NCBI GenBank assembly: GCA_973895155.1
Contig: OZ316895.1
Coordinates: 1,114,435 to 1,178,434, forward strand
DNA length: 64,000 nt
From: Marsupella aquatica
Taxonomy: Eukaryota > Plantae > Marchantiophyta
Direction: 5' to 3'
Part shown: positions 50,728 through 63,100 of the stretch, piece by piece
Layout of the letters: the number at the start of each line of letters is the position of its first letter
Position numbering within the stretch: position 1 is the stretch's first letter
The notes under the pieces: model-generated
What the model saw: the letters and a program-made list of their open reading frames with translations, nothing else
Databases searched by the model: none
Told to the model about the DNA's origin: nothing
Made by a program: the position numbers and the translations under genes

Positions 50728-52046
50728 GAAGTATATGCTTAATGGACCCCCTATGTTCAGATTTGCCCCAATCAACTCCCTCTTACAATTTCTTACAAAT
50801 AGTTTTTGTGAAGAGCACTATAGGGAGACTTACCACAGTGAACTCTAATTTTCTATCATATGAACCGGTGGTCTTGCCCTTGTACGCTGCAATTGTGTTG
50901 GGATAGGAGTCGGCTCACAATCCGCTCGTGATAAGATCAAATGGCACCGGACGCAGTCATGGGTTCTTTTGTGTTTGAAGATAAAACTAATAAATATGGT
51001 CTTCAATCATTTAGGGGTTAGTCTCCAATTGTCTGAAGTTTAGAGGTAATAAGACTGGACTGCTATCTCGGTCCATAATGTTCATATATAGTTGCTTTGT
51101 TGAGAATCTTTATCAGTGCATCCCAATAGAGACAAATCTATTTTTGGATCTACCTCAAAATGTTTCCAATCTTTATGCCGCAAGACCATTATGACAGCCA
51201 AGAATCCAAACACTTATAAAATTCTCCAAAATCCTTTAAGTGTTTGCCCTTTTGAATATGAGTTGCCTTTGCTTCCACTACCAGCAATTGAACTAAGACA
51301 CTTTGCATCATTGTATGTATTGGTGACAACATTAAATTGGTGACAACATTAAATTCTTACAAAGTTTCTTATAGGCTTTCCCATCAAGTATACTGGCCAC
51401 ATCCTAAATCCATGTGCAATTGCGTCTTGTTTTGAGGCACACTCTATCTTGTAGTGGTAATCTGTCACATTAAATAATGTCCACTTCAAATAGATCCCCT
51501 TCATGCCAAAGATGCACAATGACATCAAAATCTCCAACAATTGATATCCGTAAGTGTACTCACACCACTACAATGTCCTCCATACTGCATGCAAACTCTA
51601 ACAAAAAGAGACTAAGCCTCCCAATAACCCCCAATATGATAGATTCCCCCAAATTTCATGACTGGCAGAAGTCGTCGTAACAGAATGTGAAAGAATGATT
51701 GAACACGTGGACCAAGGTATGTGAAGATAATTCAATAATGAACATCTGAAGACATGACACATATTGTCTTCACATTATTTTTGACTTCCTCGATAGTTGT
51801 CATCGCGGAGCGGCTGGCCCTAAACCAAGCATTTGACGGTAAGTTTGTTCAAGTTTCTCACACCCACGGACAGGTTCAGGTAGACTGCAATTGCAATACA
51901 CGGCATGTCATGAACCAAAAACTATCAAAGGGGGTCAATTGGGTAACAAATAGACTTTGGGGGGTTGATTGGGGCAGATCTGAACATAGGGGGTTGATTA
52001 AGTAGGAAACAGTCCAGAGGGGGTCGATTAAGCATGCATATACCTC
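50728..52046. mobile_element. Non-autonomous Mutator-like element
   Basis: Termini GAAGTATATGCTTAATGGACCCCC ... GGGGGTCGATTAAGCATGCATATACCTC. The 9-bp TSD has one mismatch: gttcttttg (50719-27) / attcttttg (52047-55). Confidence 0.8.
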
Positions 52047-52692
52047 ATTCTTTTGTCTTGGGAGAGAGAGAAATAGACTGATGTGACACAAAAGGGGACA
52101 AATGGTGACAATATCCCCGACAATATCCTGTTGGAATCAGGTATGGTGACAATACATGTACTTTATAAGGTACAATTTTTTGTGATTCAAAGGAAATGAG
52201 CTAACTTTGGATCCCTATCAATTTGGAGTGGCTCTCAATTAAGGTGACACACCTATTGCTCCATAATTAAACCATAAGCATGGTAACCTTTCAACCAATG
52301 GATATATAAGCTGCACTGCACGGTTGGATAGACTACAACCGTAGTTGCCTAGTTGAGTCTAGAGAGATAAAACCTTCTCATGCAAATAATGAGGAGTTCT
52401 AATAAAGACAAACCTACATACTAAAACCAAAAAAATTAAAGGGGTTGAAATATATTACCAAAGTGAAAACAATGCATGTGAGAAACATAGAATAAACTAA
52501 ATTGATATAAAAATACATTGCAAATAATTTGAAAAAGACAAGCTAGCCAGACTATGTTCCGCCAATATACAGCAACCTCCAAAAAATCTCTTCATTTTCA
52601 ACCACAAAATGGACATTCAAGATCTCCTTTAATATTCAACTGAATTGATTGTTGTTGGGCTCGTTATAAGTGTCTTGGAAAGAGTTTCCAAC

Positions 52693-54124
52693 TGTTGAGC
52701 ATAGACGACAATCGCAACGGTAAGCACATGACACATCCAACGCGCAAGTAGTCGACACAAGAGATACATGGTTCACCTCCTCGAGACTACGTCCACAGGA
52801 ACACACAAGAGAGCTTTACTGAACTCTAAGCCCATCGGCTATACCAAGGCTCCACAGTGTAAGCTCTCCTCATCTCTCAAGTGGCTCCATAACAATGAGC
52901 CTAAGTTTCACTTATCCAAGCAAACACCGCTTGGCATATAGTGTGCATCCTAGTTAACCTAACCCCCTGGGCCTTCAACTTACAAAATAATGAAACACAC
53001 GTGAAAATGTCCGATGGGTATTAAATATCGATTCCGCAAATAATATTATAACACCATTAGAACAAACAAGGTCCTTATATATCGTCGCAACAGATTAGAA
53101 TAGTGTGAAGGGTTTTTTTAAAGGTGTCCCAAAGTTAATCAATTGAAGGGCCATTTTAATATGCAATGACATGCGTCACTTTCTCATTCGACCACGTCTC
53201 GGGGGGGTCACTTCCATGGAAGTGGCATATCATGTGCGACGAAGTATAGGGCCATTTAAATGGTTTTGGCGGAAGACTTATTAAGTCTTCTATGGAAATA
53301 TAGGGTTGTTTAATTGCAAAATGCATACGTGTCATCACATGATTGGTGCTGTACAACTTTCTAGAAAGTGACTTAGGGGGGTCATAAATGACCCAAACCG
53401 TCGCACGTGATGTATGACCCTTCATATAGTGACCCCCCCGAGGACCACGTGTCATCTGACCAGTGGCTTAGGGTTTACGGGTTTTGGGGGGAAGGGTGGT
53501 CAAAGTGTTGTGCGGGGTGTCGTGTTCCCCCCTTTGCCCCTCCTACTTTGTAGGAGCCGTCCGATGTAGGATACCCTAGATCGGACGGCCAGGAGAATCA
53601 AGGACACTCGGGGCGGCGAGGCTTGGGGAGACGGTGCGAGAGGGTGGGACAGGAGGGCGGGCAGGAGGGGCGGGACGAGGGGTCTCCGGAGAGGTCCGAG
53701 CCAGGGCCACACTTTTGGGCTTTCAGACTTTCGGACTTTTTTGCCAGTTTCTCCCTCTCGCACTGCAGTTTCTTCACTTGTTTCTTCAACATCTCGCTCC
53801 GCATCTTGCGTGATCTTGAGTTGGGGTTTGGGCAAAACGAATTTTTTTTTAACAAATGAAGGGTATTCTAAATCCCTAAATCTGTGTGATTATAATAACA
53901 TATGTAAATTTTATACAGGATTGAAAATTCTCTTTAGAACAAACAAGATATATTTTAATCTTCCTCCAAAATATAACAAGGGGTACCTAGGGGACCTTCG
54001 GTCACAGGTATGTCTCATTACATTCCCTCTAGTGAGGGCCCAAGGACCTAACCACGTCTCCGACTATGGTTAGCCTAACTATGGTTACATGTTGTAACCC
54101 TAGACCTTGAGCAAATACCTAACA
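52693..54124. mobile_element. Solo LTR (same family as 27355-27710) interrupted by a nested DNA element
   Basis: TG...CA termini (TGTTGAGCATAGAC ... AATACCTAACA) with a perfect 5-bp TSD CCAAC (52688-92, 54125-29). LTR homology breaks at 52964 and resumes at ~54046. Confidence 0.82.
52965..54045. mobile_element. 1.08-kb non-autonomous DNA transposon with 8-bp TSD, nested in the solo LTR
   Basis: TSD ACCTAACC at 52957-64 and 54046-53. Imperfect TIRs CCCTGGGCCTTCAACT / AGTGAGGGCCCAAGG. Confidence 0.75.
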
Positions 54125-54701
54125 CCAACCAGTCCAATAGAGCTCTACTTTTCATGAATAACTTAGAGAGTTGTGCTCAACTTCTAAAAGATTACACCAC
54201 CACTAAGTGTCCCAATTTTGCGCTTCCAATTTTTTTTGATCAGTTAACTTTTACATGTAGCATCTACCTCAATATCTATTGGATTCTAATTTTGGGGGGT
54301 TATTGGAAACCACTTGGATCTATGTTTCCAATGAACCCACTACAATCATATTTCATTGAGATTTGAGAGACCTGCAAATTTCAAAACATGATTGTGGGCT
54401 TTCTTGATGTCACATCTCACTCACCCGTGTATACTGTACTATATGAGCAGAAAGATGGTTTTTCTGCCATCCATCTGGATTGCAATAGTCTATATGAGCA
54501 TTTTGGCAAACATGAAGCTCCTAATTATTATGCACTGTAACCTATAACTATGACTAAAGGGGAAACCCATACTGTGCGCGAGACTGTGCGATTTACATAA
54601 GAGTGTAACGTACCTGCCAGCAAACTTGTAGAGGGCGGGTGATTGAAAGTGCGCCTTGTTGTCAAGACAACTCTGATAGAGACACTACCCTGGACACTAC
54701 A

Positions 54702-54872
54702 TCACTATATGGAGGGCTACACATCTTGTGCAAAGGTTTGGATCATTTATGACCCCCTAAGTCACATGACACCTGCACAATTTGCAATTAAACAACAATA
54801 TATTTCCGTTGACAACTTAATAAGTTTTTTGTCAAAACCATTTAAATGACCCTATACTTCATTGCACATGAT
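54702..54872. repeat. Inverted partial copy of the internal segment 53230-53432
   Basis: tcactatatg.aggg...gtttgg.tcatttatgaccccc.taagtcac...tttgcaattaaacaac..tatatttcc...aaaaccatttaaatg.ccctatacttc is the reverse complement of 53230-53432. Confidence 0.75.
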
Positions 54873-56948
54873 CCCGCAATCCCCCCCTCGAGCATTTAAT
54901 GGGGCATTCAATATTGTGATTGCTTGTAGAAAGCTATGGGAATTGATAAGCCAGAAAATATTAAGAAATCAGATAGATAGTTCAAGATACTAAAAATAGT
55001 TTGGATGTGAAATTAGAAATAAAGACTATTTAGCTAACTAATCAATAAGTATAGTTAATTAAATGTTTGCCTTTGTATAGCCTTGGGAATATTATCAGGT
55101 TACCTCATTATGCCCGTTGAGGCTTCTTATGCCTTTTTTGGCCTGCTGGTGCCCCCATCCGTGGGGTAGAATAAACAATTTAAAACTAAAAGAAAGCGCT
55201 CAAAATTAAGAAATCAACCTCAGAATCAACGAGCACAAACCAGGAGCAACTCGACTGCCTCTCTGAGATGACATGGCAATTGATAGACATGGCAATTGAT
55301 ATCCGGTTCACTTGTGGACTTGACTAGTAACTGATGATTAACTTACTCCCCCTCATTCAAGGTAAGTCTGCAAGTGCATTTTAAGTTTTGTCCTCAACTT
55401 CTTTTTTGGTAGCGAAATTAAAATATGACGCATGTAATTTGGAATTGTCTTCAAGTCTCAAGAAAGGAGAACCAATGAAAATAAAAGAGTGAAAAATCCG
55501 TCAAGCATTTAAGTGTCTTAATTTTTTGTTCCCATTGCATTATGGGCACTAATAGCCCCTCAAAAGTTAGGTTAATTAAAGCCCTCATTTTGGGGCATGA
55601 TAGTCAACAATGCCATTGGAACAAGGCGTTAATTGTAACCTAAAAGAATTGTGTTAGGAGGAGAGGGTTCTGCTTGTCTAGCAAACTTAGTCCCTAGCCA
55701 TCCAAAATCTCGTTAGTAAAGCCCAATTTAAGGACTCCTCTTTTGGCTAGCAAACTCAGTCTAGGCACAGGAATGGGCTGAGAAAACGCCCTAGTCCATT
55801 GGATCTTTGGTTTCTATAACTCTTATTTGCTTCCATTTGTTTGTTTTGTCAACACTGCTGCCTATACAAAAATTCTTATGCAATTTTCAAAGATTTAGTC
55901 CATTTTGTAAACTAGCCCTATAATTGCCCGAGCTTTCCTCAGGCCCATGGTTGCCTTCCTCCTTCCCTCACCCCAAAATATGTTCCCACCCAAAGTCATT
56001 GTCTAGAGGCTTACTCTAGACCATGCTTGGGGTTGAGTGTAGACTTTCATCTAGAATTATTAGTTATAATGTGCGGCAAAAAAGCCATTCCAGTCGTTGA
56101 GCATGGAAAATTGGAACTCCATATTTTGTGTCTTCCAAATGTTGGACATAGAAGGTAATCACATTATCGTTCTCATTTGAGCTACCACTAGCCCGATTAC
56201 CCGTTCCTTGAATGTAAACAGATATGAAGAAAAGAAATCTTGCACAATAATATTTCTATGCTATTTAGTTAATCCTCATTTTCAAGAAGTGTTTTTTAAT
56301 TGAGATTCATGATATTTTTGTCTATACTGGGGTTATGGTAGAGGCTTCACTCTAGACCCTAGGCCCTTAAGAGTAGATTTTGTTCGTGCTTTTATAATAA
56401 GATGTAAAGTAAGAGAAAGAAGTGGGTGACGCAGCAAGTAATGACTCTGCCTATTAAAACAAAACTTGGTCATTCAAAATTGTGGTGTTTTCAAAGTCAG
56501 AGTCCATCACAATTCACACATAACTTTTGGGGAGTTGTTGACTGACTCTTAATGCAAGTGGTTTTCTACAAGTGGATTGCAGTGCATCTGAATTCAACCA
56601 ATTGTGCAATTGTTGCTGCGTCAGATCCAATCCCACTAAACCCGCCAGATCCATTATTGAGAGAAACGGCACCGGCTTCAACTGTTCCCACCGTGCACTC
56701 TTAATTAATTAAATTTTTAACGGACTTTACCTTCTTGTCTGGTTCTTCGTTACATTCCTTATTCAAAAGGTAGCGATTCGTCTCGTTTTCTGGAAGAAGG
56801 ATATCTCGCTACTGTAGCTATTGCACCTGACGACCAGCCGTAAAATGGATGTTAAGGTACTCTCACAGATACACAAACCAAATGACAATATTTCATTGTG
56901 TGGAAATAATATCACTGCCAAAGAAAAAGTGTCAAGGCCCAATGATGG

Positions 56949-57019
56949 AGGGAGGAGCGATGGCGGAGAGAGGGAGCGATGGCGGAGAGAGGGAGGAGCG
57001 ATGGCGGAGCGATGGAGCA
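56949..57019. repeat. Purine-rich minisatellite (ggagcgatggcggagaga) x~4 upstream of the LINE
   Basis: Tandem ggagcgatggcggag units. These explain several overlapping low-complexity ORFs. Confidence 0.8.
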
Positions 57020-58348
57020 GCATTGATCGAGGCGACAATGGATAGAAGAATGATGAAGTACCACTGAATCATAGAACCGGAGAAGACACGGGAATGACAG
57101 GAACGTGAGCAACAATGGGAAACGACACCGATGAAGAATGTGGAGAAGGGAAAAGAAACGGAAATGAAGAATGCAGCGGATGAAATGGAGATGGCAGGAA
57201 GAAAGTGGGACAACGAAGGAGTAGAATCGCGCGAGCTGCAACAAAGGGAATATCAAATCCTCGATCGAATCGCAGGAAGCAGAGGCTCAAGTAAAACAAA
57301 AAGATAAGCATCTCAGTTCTGAAACGACAAAAGCAAGCAAGTCCATCATTCGATCACAATAGATGAATAGAATCATCTTACTTTATGTCGTGAAGAATGC
57401 ACAAATAGACATAAGACCTCAAGAACCAAGTTCCCGGATCAGCAGTACACATCATAAGGTTATACCAACAATACTAAAGGAATTACAAAAGAGCATATAG
57501 TAGGAATTAATGCAGGAACCACAAATTAACTTAAACACGAGGCAACCAAGAGAAGGATTAAAATCCAGACTCCAGGCTATAATTAGATCTAGATGAATTA
57601 TTAATCAGACCACACAAAGATCCGATTAAAAACTACTTAGGGGAGTCTAAAAATCAGAGCGTAAAAACACGAGGAAAAAAGTTAAAATTAGTTCTGAATC
57701 AATTCCCATCACGATAAGAAAAGGGGTAAACAAGTATACCAAAAACTCCTAGCCAAAAGCACGTCATGGGAAGAGAGCGTAACAAAGTGGTAACGTGTGT
57801 GCAGACCAGTCGCAGGATTACAGGAAGAAGGACGCCAACAACAACTCAAATTCAAGAAGCTGACAGAAGGACTGGAATAAAATAACGAACAGAACTAGAC
57901 AGAGCTAGAACAACAGGATTATCGACACGACATAGGAAGGTAGACGAGTAGACGAGGGAGATTAGTAAACACAGGGTAACAAAGGGTAAACAAAATTCAA
58001 GAATATCAGGATCCTCAATATAAATGCGAGAACAAAGGGAAAAACTACATAAGGTAAAAGTATATGAGAAACAAGAAGGTACATCTGATGACACAGGCAG
58101 TAAAAACAAAACAAAAAATCACGATCTAGTGGATAGAATCAAGAATACCTTAGCGCACATAGTACAATCAACACCAGTTCTACAATAAGGGCCAAGAAGC
58201 TGATATAAACGAAGGAAAAAAGGAAACAAGTATAGAACATACAGATCAGCAAAAGTCACTCATAACACGAGGCAAGCAAAAACGGGACTAGCACCTACGA
58301 GCAGACAGTTAGCGGGTACACGAAAATCTAGTACATAGTGCATTAAGG

Positions 58349-60154
58349 ATGATGGCGAAGCTTAGTGACATTTTCCGAGCTGAAGGGATACAATGTGCGA
58401 TGAGGGACAACCCAAACAAGGGAGCCGCAGTTCTGACGGACATAGAGACTAAGTTGGTGTCTAATCCCGAGGAAGATATAATGACGAAGGGAGGAGAGGG
58501 AGATAGGCCAGACAGCTTCGGTACCGGGGTGGATAATGTCACCAGCTGTATCAATAAGTGGACAATCTCATCAGAGTGCCAGACAACGATCAACTCCCTA
58601 TCGGCAAATCGACTGCTGAATGATAGCAGTAAAGTTCAGTACCAGATGGAGGTAAGTATCAAAGCTACGTCGATTACGGTTTCAGATCTCCTTTCTAAAG
58701 CAATCCTATTCTTCTTTGCAGGAAGAGTTCCATCTTTTACTCAATTCCATAAGTGGGCCAAAGAGGAATTTAACTTTAAAAGGAAATGGATAATGACAAG
58801 CACTAAATTCGTAGGTGGTAAATACTTTCTTGTCATGTTCGGATCTCCAGCGCATAAACAGTTGGCTCTGGGTAGCTCTCCATGGTACCTAGGTAGTAAA
58901 TACGTCTACTGCTCACCATGGGATCCGTCATTTTCCCTCCACTCACCGTTCTTGGGGAAAATGCTGATCTGGGTAGTTCTCAAATACCGGGAATTAGCTC
59001 TGGAAGGGAGTGGAAAACAAATGTTTGAAAAAATGGGTGAGCTCCTCCACTATAGCTCAGCCACAGATGATTCCTCCTCTCCTCATGATCGAGCTTGTAT
59101 TCTGTGGGACATGAATATGCCTCTCCCTGAAATTCTCGTTATCAGCCTACGGGGAGAGGGATCCAGTGACCCAATTACGATACATCAAAGAGTGGAATAT
59201 TCACACATACCATTCGTATGCCACAAATGCAAGGAATTGGGTTATGTTGGCGCTAACTGCTCATGGGTAGATCCGCTCACTCTTCCGAACAATCAGGAAT
59301 TGGCGCCCAGTGATAATAATATAGTTAAGTTTGGCCCCGAGCCTCAGGTGGACAGAGATAGTAATGGAGACCCGGTTAGGAGTAGTATGGAGACCCAATT
59401 GGGATCTGGCAATCCTGCCAGGGGTCTGCTCCCGACCCCACCACTAAGCTTGTGCTCAACAGCAGCTAAGATTCCTTACCAAATGTTCATAAATAACCGT
59501 GAGGTCGCTATCCCATCGGGGACTCAGACTCTATTCCCAGGCGTAACAAGCTTCTTGCCTACAAAGAAAAGAACTAATGAAATGGCGAATGGATTTATCC
59601 TCAACATGGTATCTGGTGCTAACAACCTCTATCCGACCCAGTTCGCAGTACCTTGGATCGACGCATCATCTGTGGTTCATTCATCAAATCCATTTGAAAT
59701 AAGGTCACCGAGATTGAGTGGAATATTCACGGCATATACACAGGCGGGAGCAACAGCAGCTATTCCAGTTGGCCCCCGGTTGGCATTGATCGAGCCCACC
59801 CCGCGGACAGGAAAGGAACAACACAGAAACGGAAGATCAGATCTGTCAAAACCATTGGTTATAAAACAAGAATCAGAGCGGAGACATAAGGTTTTGGCTA
59901 GGACCTCAGATAACCGGATAGTCAAAAGAAAACAAAAGTTGGGATCGTTATTCGCATCGACAGCAAGTAAAACTCCAGGTAAGGCATTCACAACACTTCT
60001 ATACAATCAAATCCTGGGTGAAAGAACCGGTGGATATAACTCTCAAGACGAAACCACATCCATGGAGGAAGAATCGAGGGGTGAAAATGATTCATCCAGT
60101 TCTGAGTATGAATCCACCTCAGAGGCGTCCACCAGAAATCAAGAAATTGATTGA
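58349..60154 (+). CDS. LINE (L1-clade) ORF1, nucleic-acid-binding protein (DUF4283-like domain + zinc knuckle)
   Basis: 601-aa open frame containing AILFFFAGRVPS..F.KWA, GGKYFLVMF, PWYLG..YVYCSPWDPSF and IWVVL, plus a degenerate CCHC knuckle CHKCKELGYVGANC (H replaced by Y). It ends 30 bp upstream of ORF2. Confidence 0.85.
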   Translation: MMAKLSDIFRAEGIQCAMRDNPNKGAAVLTDIETKLVSNPEEDIMTKGGEGDRPDSFGTGVDNVTSCINKWTISSECQTTINSLSANRLLNDSSKVQYQMEVSIKATSITVSDLLSKAILFFFAGRVPSFTQFHKWAKEEFNFKRKWIMTSTKFVGGKYFLVMFGSPAHKQLALGSSPWYLGSKYVYCSPWDPSFSLHSPFLGKMLIWVVLKYRELALEGSGKQMFEKMGELLHYSSATDDSSSPHDRACILWDMNMPLPEILVISLRGEGSSDPITIHQRVEYSHIPFVCHKCKELGYVGANCSWVDPLTLPNNQELAPSDNNIVKFGPEPQVDRDSNGDPVRSSMETQLGSGNPARGLLPTPPLSLCSTAAKIPYQMFINNREVAIPSGTQTLFPGVTSFLPTKKRTNEMANGFILNMVSGANNLYPTQFAVPWIDASSVVHSSNPFEIRSPRLSGIFTAYTQAGATAAIPVGPRLALIEPTPRTGKEQHRNGRSDLSKPLVIKQESERRHKVLARTSDNRIVKRKQKLGSLFASTASKTPGKAFTTLLYNQILGERTGGYNSQDETTSMEEESRGENDSSSSEYESTSEASTRNQEID

Positions 60155-60184
60155 ATCTGCCATGATAAAAAGTAAGTATTGACG

Positions 60185-63100
60185 ATGGACACCAGCTTTA
60201 ATGTTGCGATATGGAATGTCTCAGGTCTGTGATCCCAATCGAAAGTGCATAGTGCGTAAATGGATTTCTGACTTACATTGCTCCCTACATATACTTGTCA
60301 TATTAGAAATAAAGGCTACCGACTTCCGCCTCAATTATGCTCTCTCGTACATTCTTCCTGGTTATAAAGCAATAATCTCTTACCCAACCGAGGGGAAGGG
60401 GGGAGCTGCAATGCTCCTCCATCCCACACTACGAGTTACGAACTTTGGACAATCACCATCACACAGTGCTATCTGGGCCTAAATAGACAGTGTCTATGGA
60501 AACTTTGGAATAGTTGGGCTCTATGCTGCGAATAGTTCTGCAGCCCGCACTAGTCTCTGGGACCATCTCAATGTCATCCTTCCAGGTGGAAACTGGATCA
60601 TCGACGGGGATTTCAATATGACCAAAAAAATAATTGATTCAGTGGGTAGTCACTCTTCTCTTCTCACGGGGTCCGAACTAGCTACCTGGAATGCGTTCAA
60701 GAGTCGTCTGGACCTATCAGACGTATATAAACTAGTCCCTAGGGTCTCTGGCTCCCGATATACTTGGAGACGCGACACACTATCTGGTGTACTCCAATCT
60801 CGATTGGACCGATTTTATCTCGGCAACAAAGGCTCCTGGATCGGTCACATCCACTCCCTCTCTCATCACTATGACAGACCAATGTCTAATCACTGCCCGG
60901 TACTTCTCTCGTGCTCCATTCACTCGCCAGCAGTTGATATAGGATTGGCCTCGTCATACTCTTATTTCAAAGCGAGTACTTGGGTTATCAAGAATAATCA
61001 CAACTTGGAAATTTTGAGACAGGCCTGGTTGAACAGCGCATCCGTCTATAGCAACCCTAAGATGGCTTTCTATCTAGCTTGTAAAAATTTCCGTAGAGAA
61101 TACAAGGCAATTCAGTCAAAAAAATCTAACAAGCAGATTCTAACTGAAGAACTACGTAGGAATATTTAGCTTTGCGAACACAATCTGATGCTCATGTATA
61201 CAATACCGGCAATACCCTTTTGGAGTTACGCGAAGCTGAAACTGCTCTTAGGGACTCAGAATTTCATGATGCAATAGATATACGGATGCGGTCCCGTATT
61301 CGCTGGCTTGGTCTCGGTGATGCATCATCTAAGTTTTTCTTCAATATCGTCAGGGTGCAACAACAAAGGGCATCTATTTCGGTTTTAAGGTTGGAAGATG
61401 GATCCCTGATCGATGATAGAGATGAGGTGCTTCTAGAGGTCGGAAACTTCTACCGGTCCCTATATTCTCTAGATGCTCCAGAATCGGAAATAAATATAAA
61501 GGCCAGACGCCCGGGCCAGACGGAAGATTCTTGGTTTCTCCTCTCCCCGTTTGTCAGAAGCTGAATCCTCTCTTTTGGACTCGATCCCAACTATGGCTGA
61601 ACTCCTGTTTGCTGCTAACCAATTACAGAAAAACAAAGCACCTGGGATTGATGGTCTAACAATAGAAGTAATTTTGGGTTGTTGGGACTTTATATCTCCC
61701 ACTTTCCTAGCTATGTTAGTCTCCTTTTGGTCCGATGGAGTTATGCTACCCGGTTTTGTGGATGGTGTTATCAAGCTGGTCCCCAAATCAGCTGATCGGA
61801 CGCGGCTCACGGACTGTAGGCCGATCACTCTATTAAACATATCATACAAAATAATAGCTAAATTGATTGCTATCAGGTTGCATAAAGTCCTCCCAAAAAT
61901 GGTAAATGAACAGCAAACAGGTTTTGTCCCCGGGAGGAATATATTGGATAACATCTCTATTGCTTGGCTGGCCAGTGACTGGCTTATTACAAATAATGTC
62001 CCCGCTCTCTTTTTAAAAATGGATTTCTCTAAAGCCTTTGACCGGGTCGACCATCGATATATCAAAGAAACATTGGAAATCTCTGGGCTCAGTACTTCTC
62101 TCATCCGGATAATTTTAGGTCTGATGAATCGGGCATCCGCAAAGATTCATGTTAATGGTCAATTCTCTGATCCGATAAATCTGATGAGAGGAGTCCGCCA
62201 GGGCTGCCCTCTCGCTCCTCTTATATATGCATTGTCCACACAACCATTGATGGACTGCTTCGATGCAGCTCTTCAAACTGGGGAAATACATGGGATTAAA
62301 ATCAATAACGACCTCACGCTATTCCACCGATTCTTTGCAGACGATCTCAGAGTACTAACTCCAGCTAAGGAGCGTTGCTTCCGAGAGATCTGTGACATGA
62401 TGGTTCTATATGAACAAGCTGCAGGGGCGAAGCTCAATATCAAGACGACGGAGGTATATACTTTTATTATGTATGGATTCCCCTCCGGTTTGGCTCATCG
62501 AATCCAAGTGCATCATAATTACCCCGGGACACATATCTAGCTACCTGGGTGCCCCGCTTGGACAGAATATTTCCAGGATTCAAATTCAGGACTTTTGTTT
62601 AAAAAAACTAAATCGGAGACTAGCTAGCTGGTCTAATAAGAACTTCTCCTTCACCGGGCGGGTCCTCCTCATCAAACAGGTATTGCTATCCATGACTGTC
62701 TATCACATGATGTATGCATATCACGAGAAGGGACTTGCCGAAAACATCCAAAAAACATGTAAAGACTTCCTTTGGGGGTTCAACAAAGATGGGGGCCGGA
62801 AAACGCCTCTTGTATCCTGGGATTGGATGTGCCTCAGGAAGGAGCTGGGAGGCCTCGGCTTCAAGAACATCCAGGTTCAGGCGGCCGCATTGCTTGCTAG
62901 ATGGGTTGTTCGTATGATCTCGGACCCATCCTCTGAGTGGGCTGTTTTGTTTGGGGCTAACCTTCGCTTGGCAACATGGAAGAACTCAGTCGCTCTTCGT
63001 AACTCTGGATACACCACGATGGACCGATTTCTCTTCTCATCCCCATCGAGCTTTCGGGGTATGAACTACACAGCCGGCATCTCGTCGGCTTGGGAGCGGA

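Noticed and set aside
54683-54710. Three CACTA pentamers suggesting a CACTA transposon end
   Set aside because: No paired TAGTG terminus with a 3-bp TSD could be established.
61469-62104. 211-aa minus-strand ORF
   Set aside because: Antisense shadow of the LINE reverse transcriptase.
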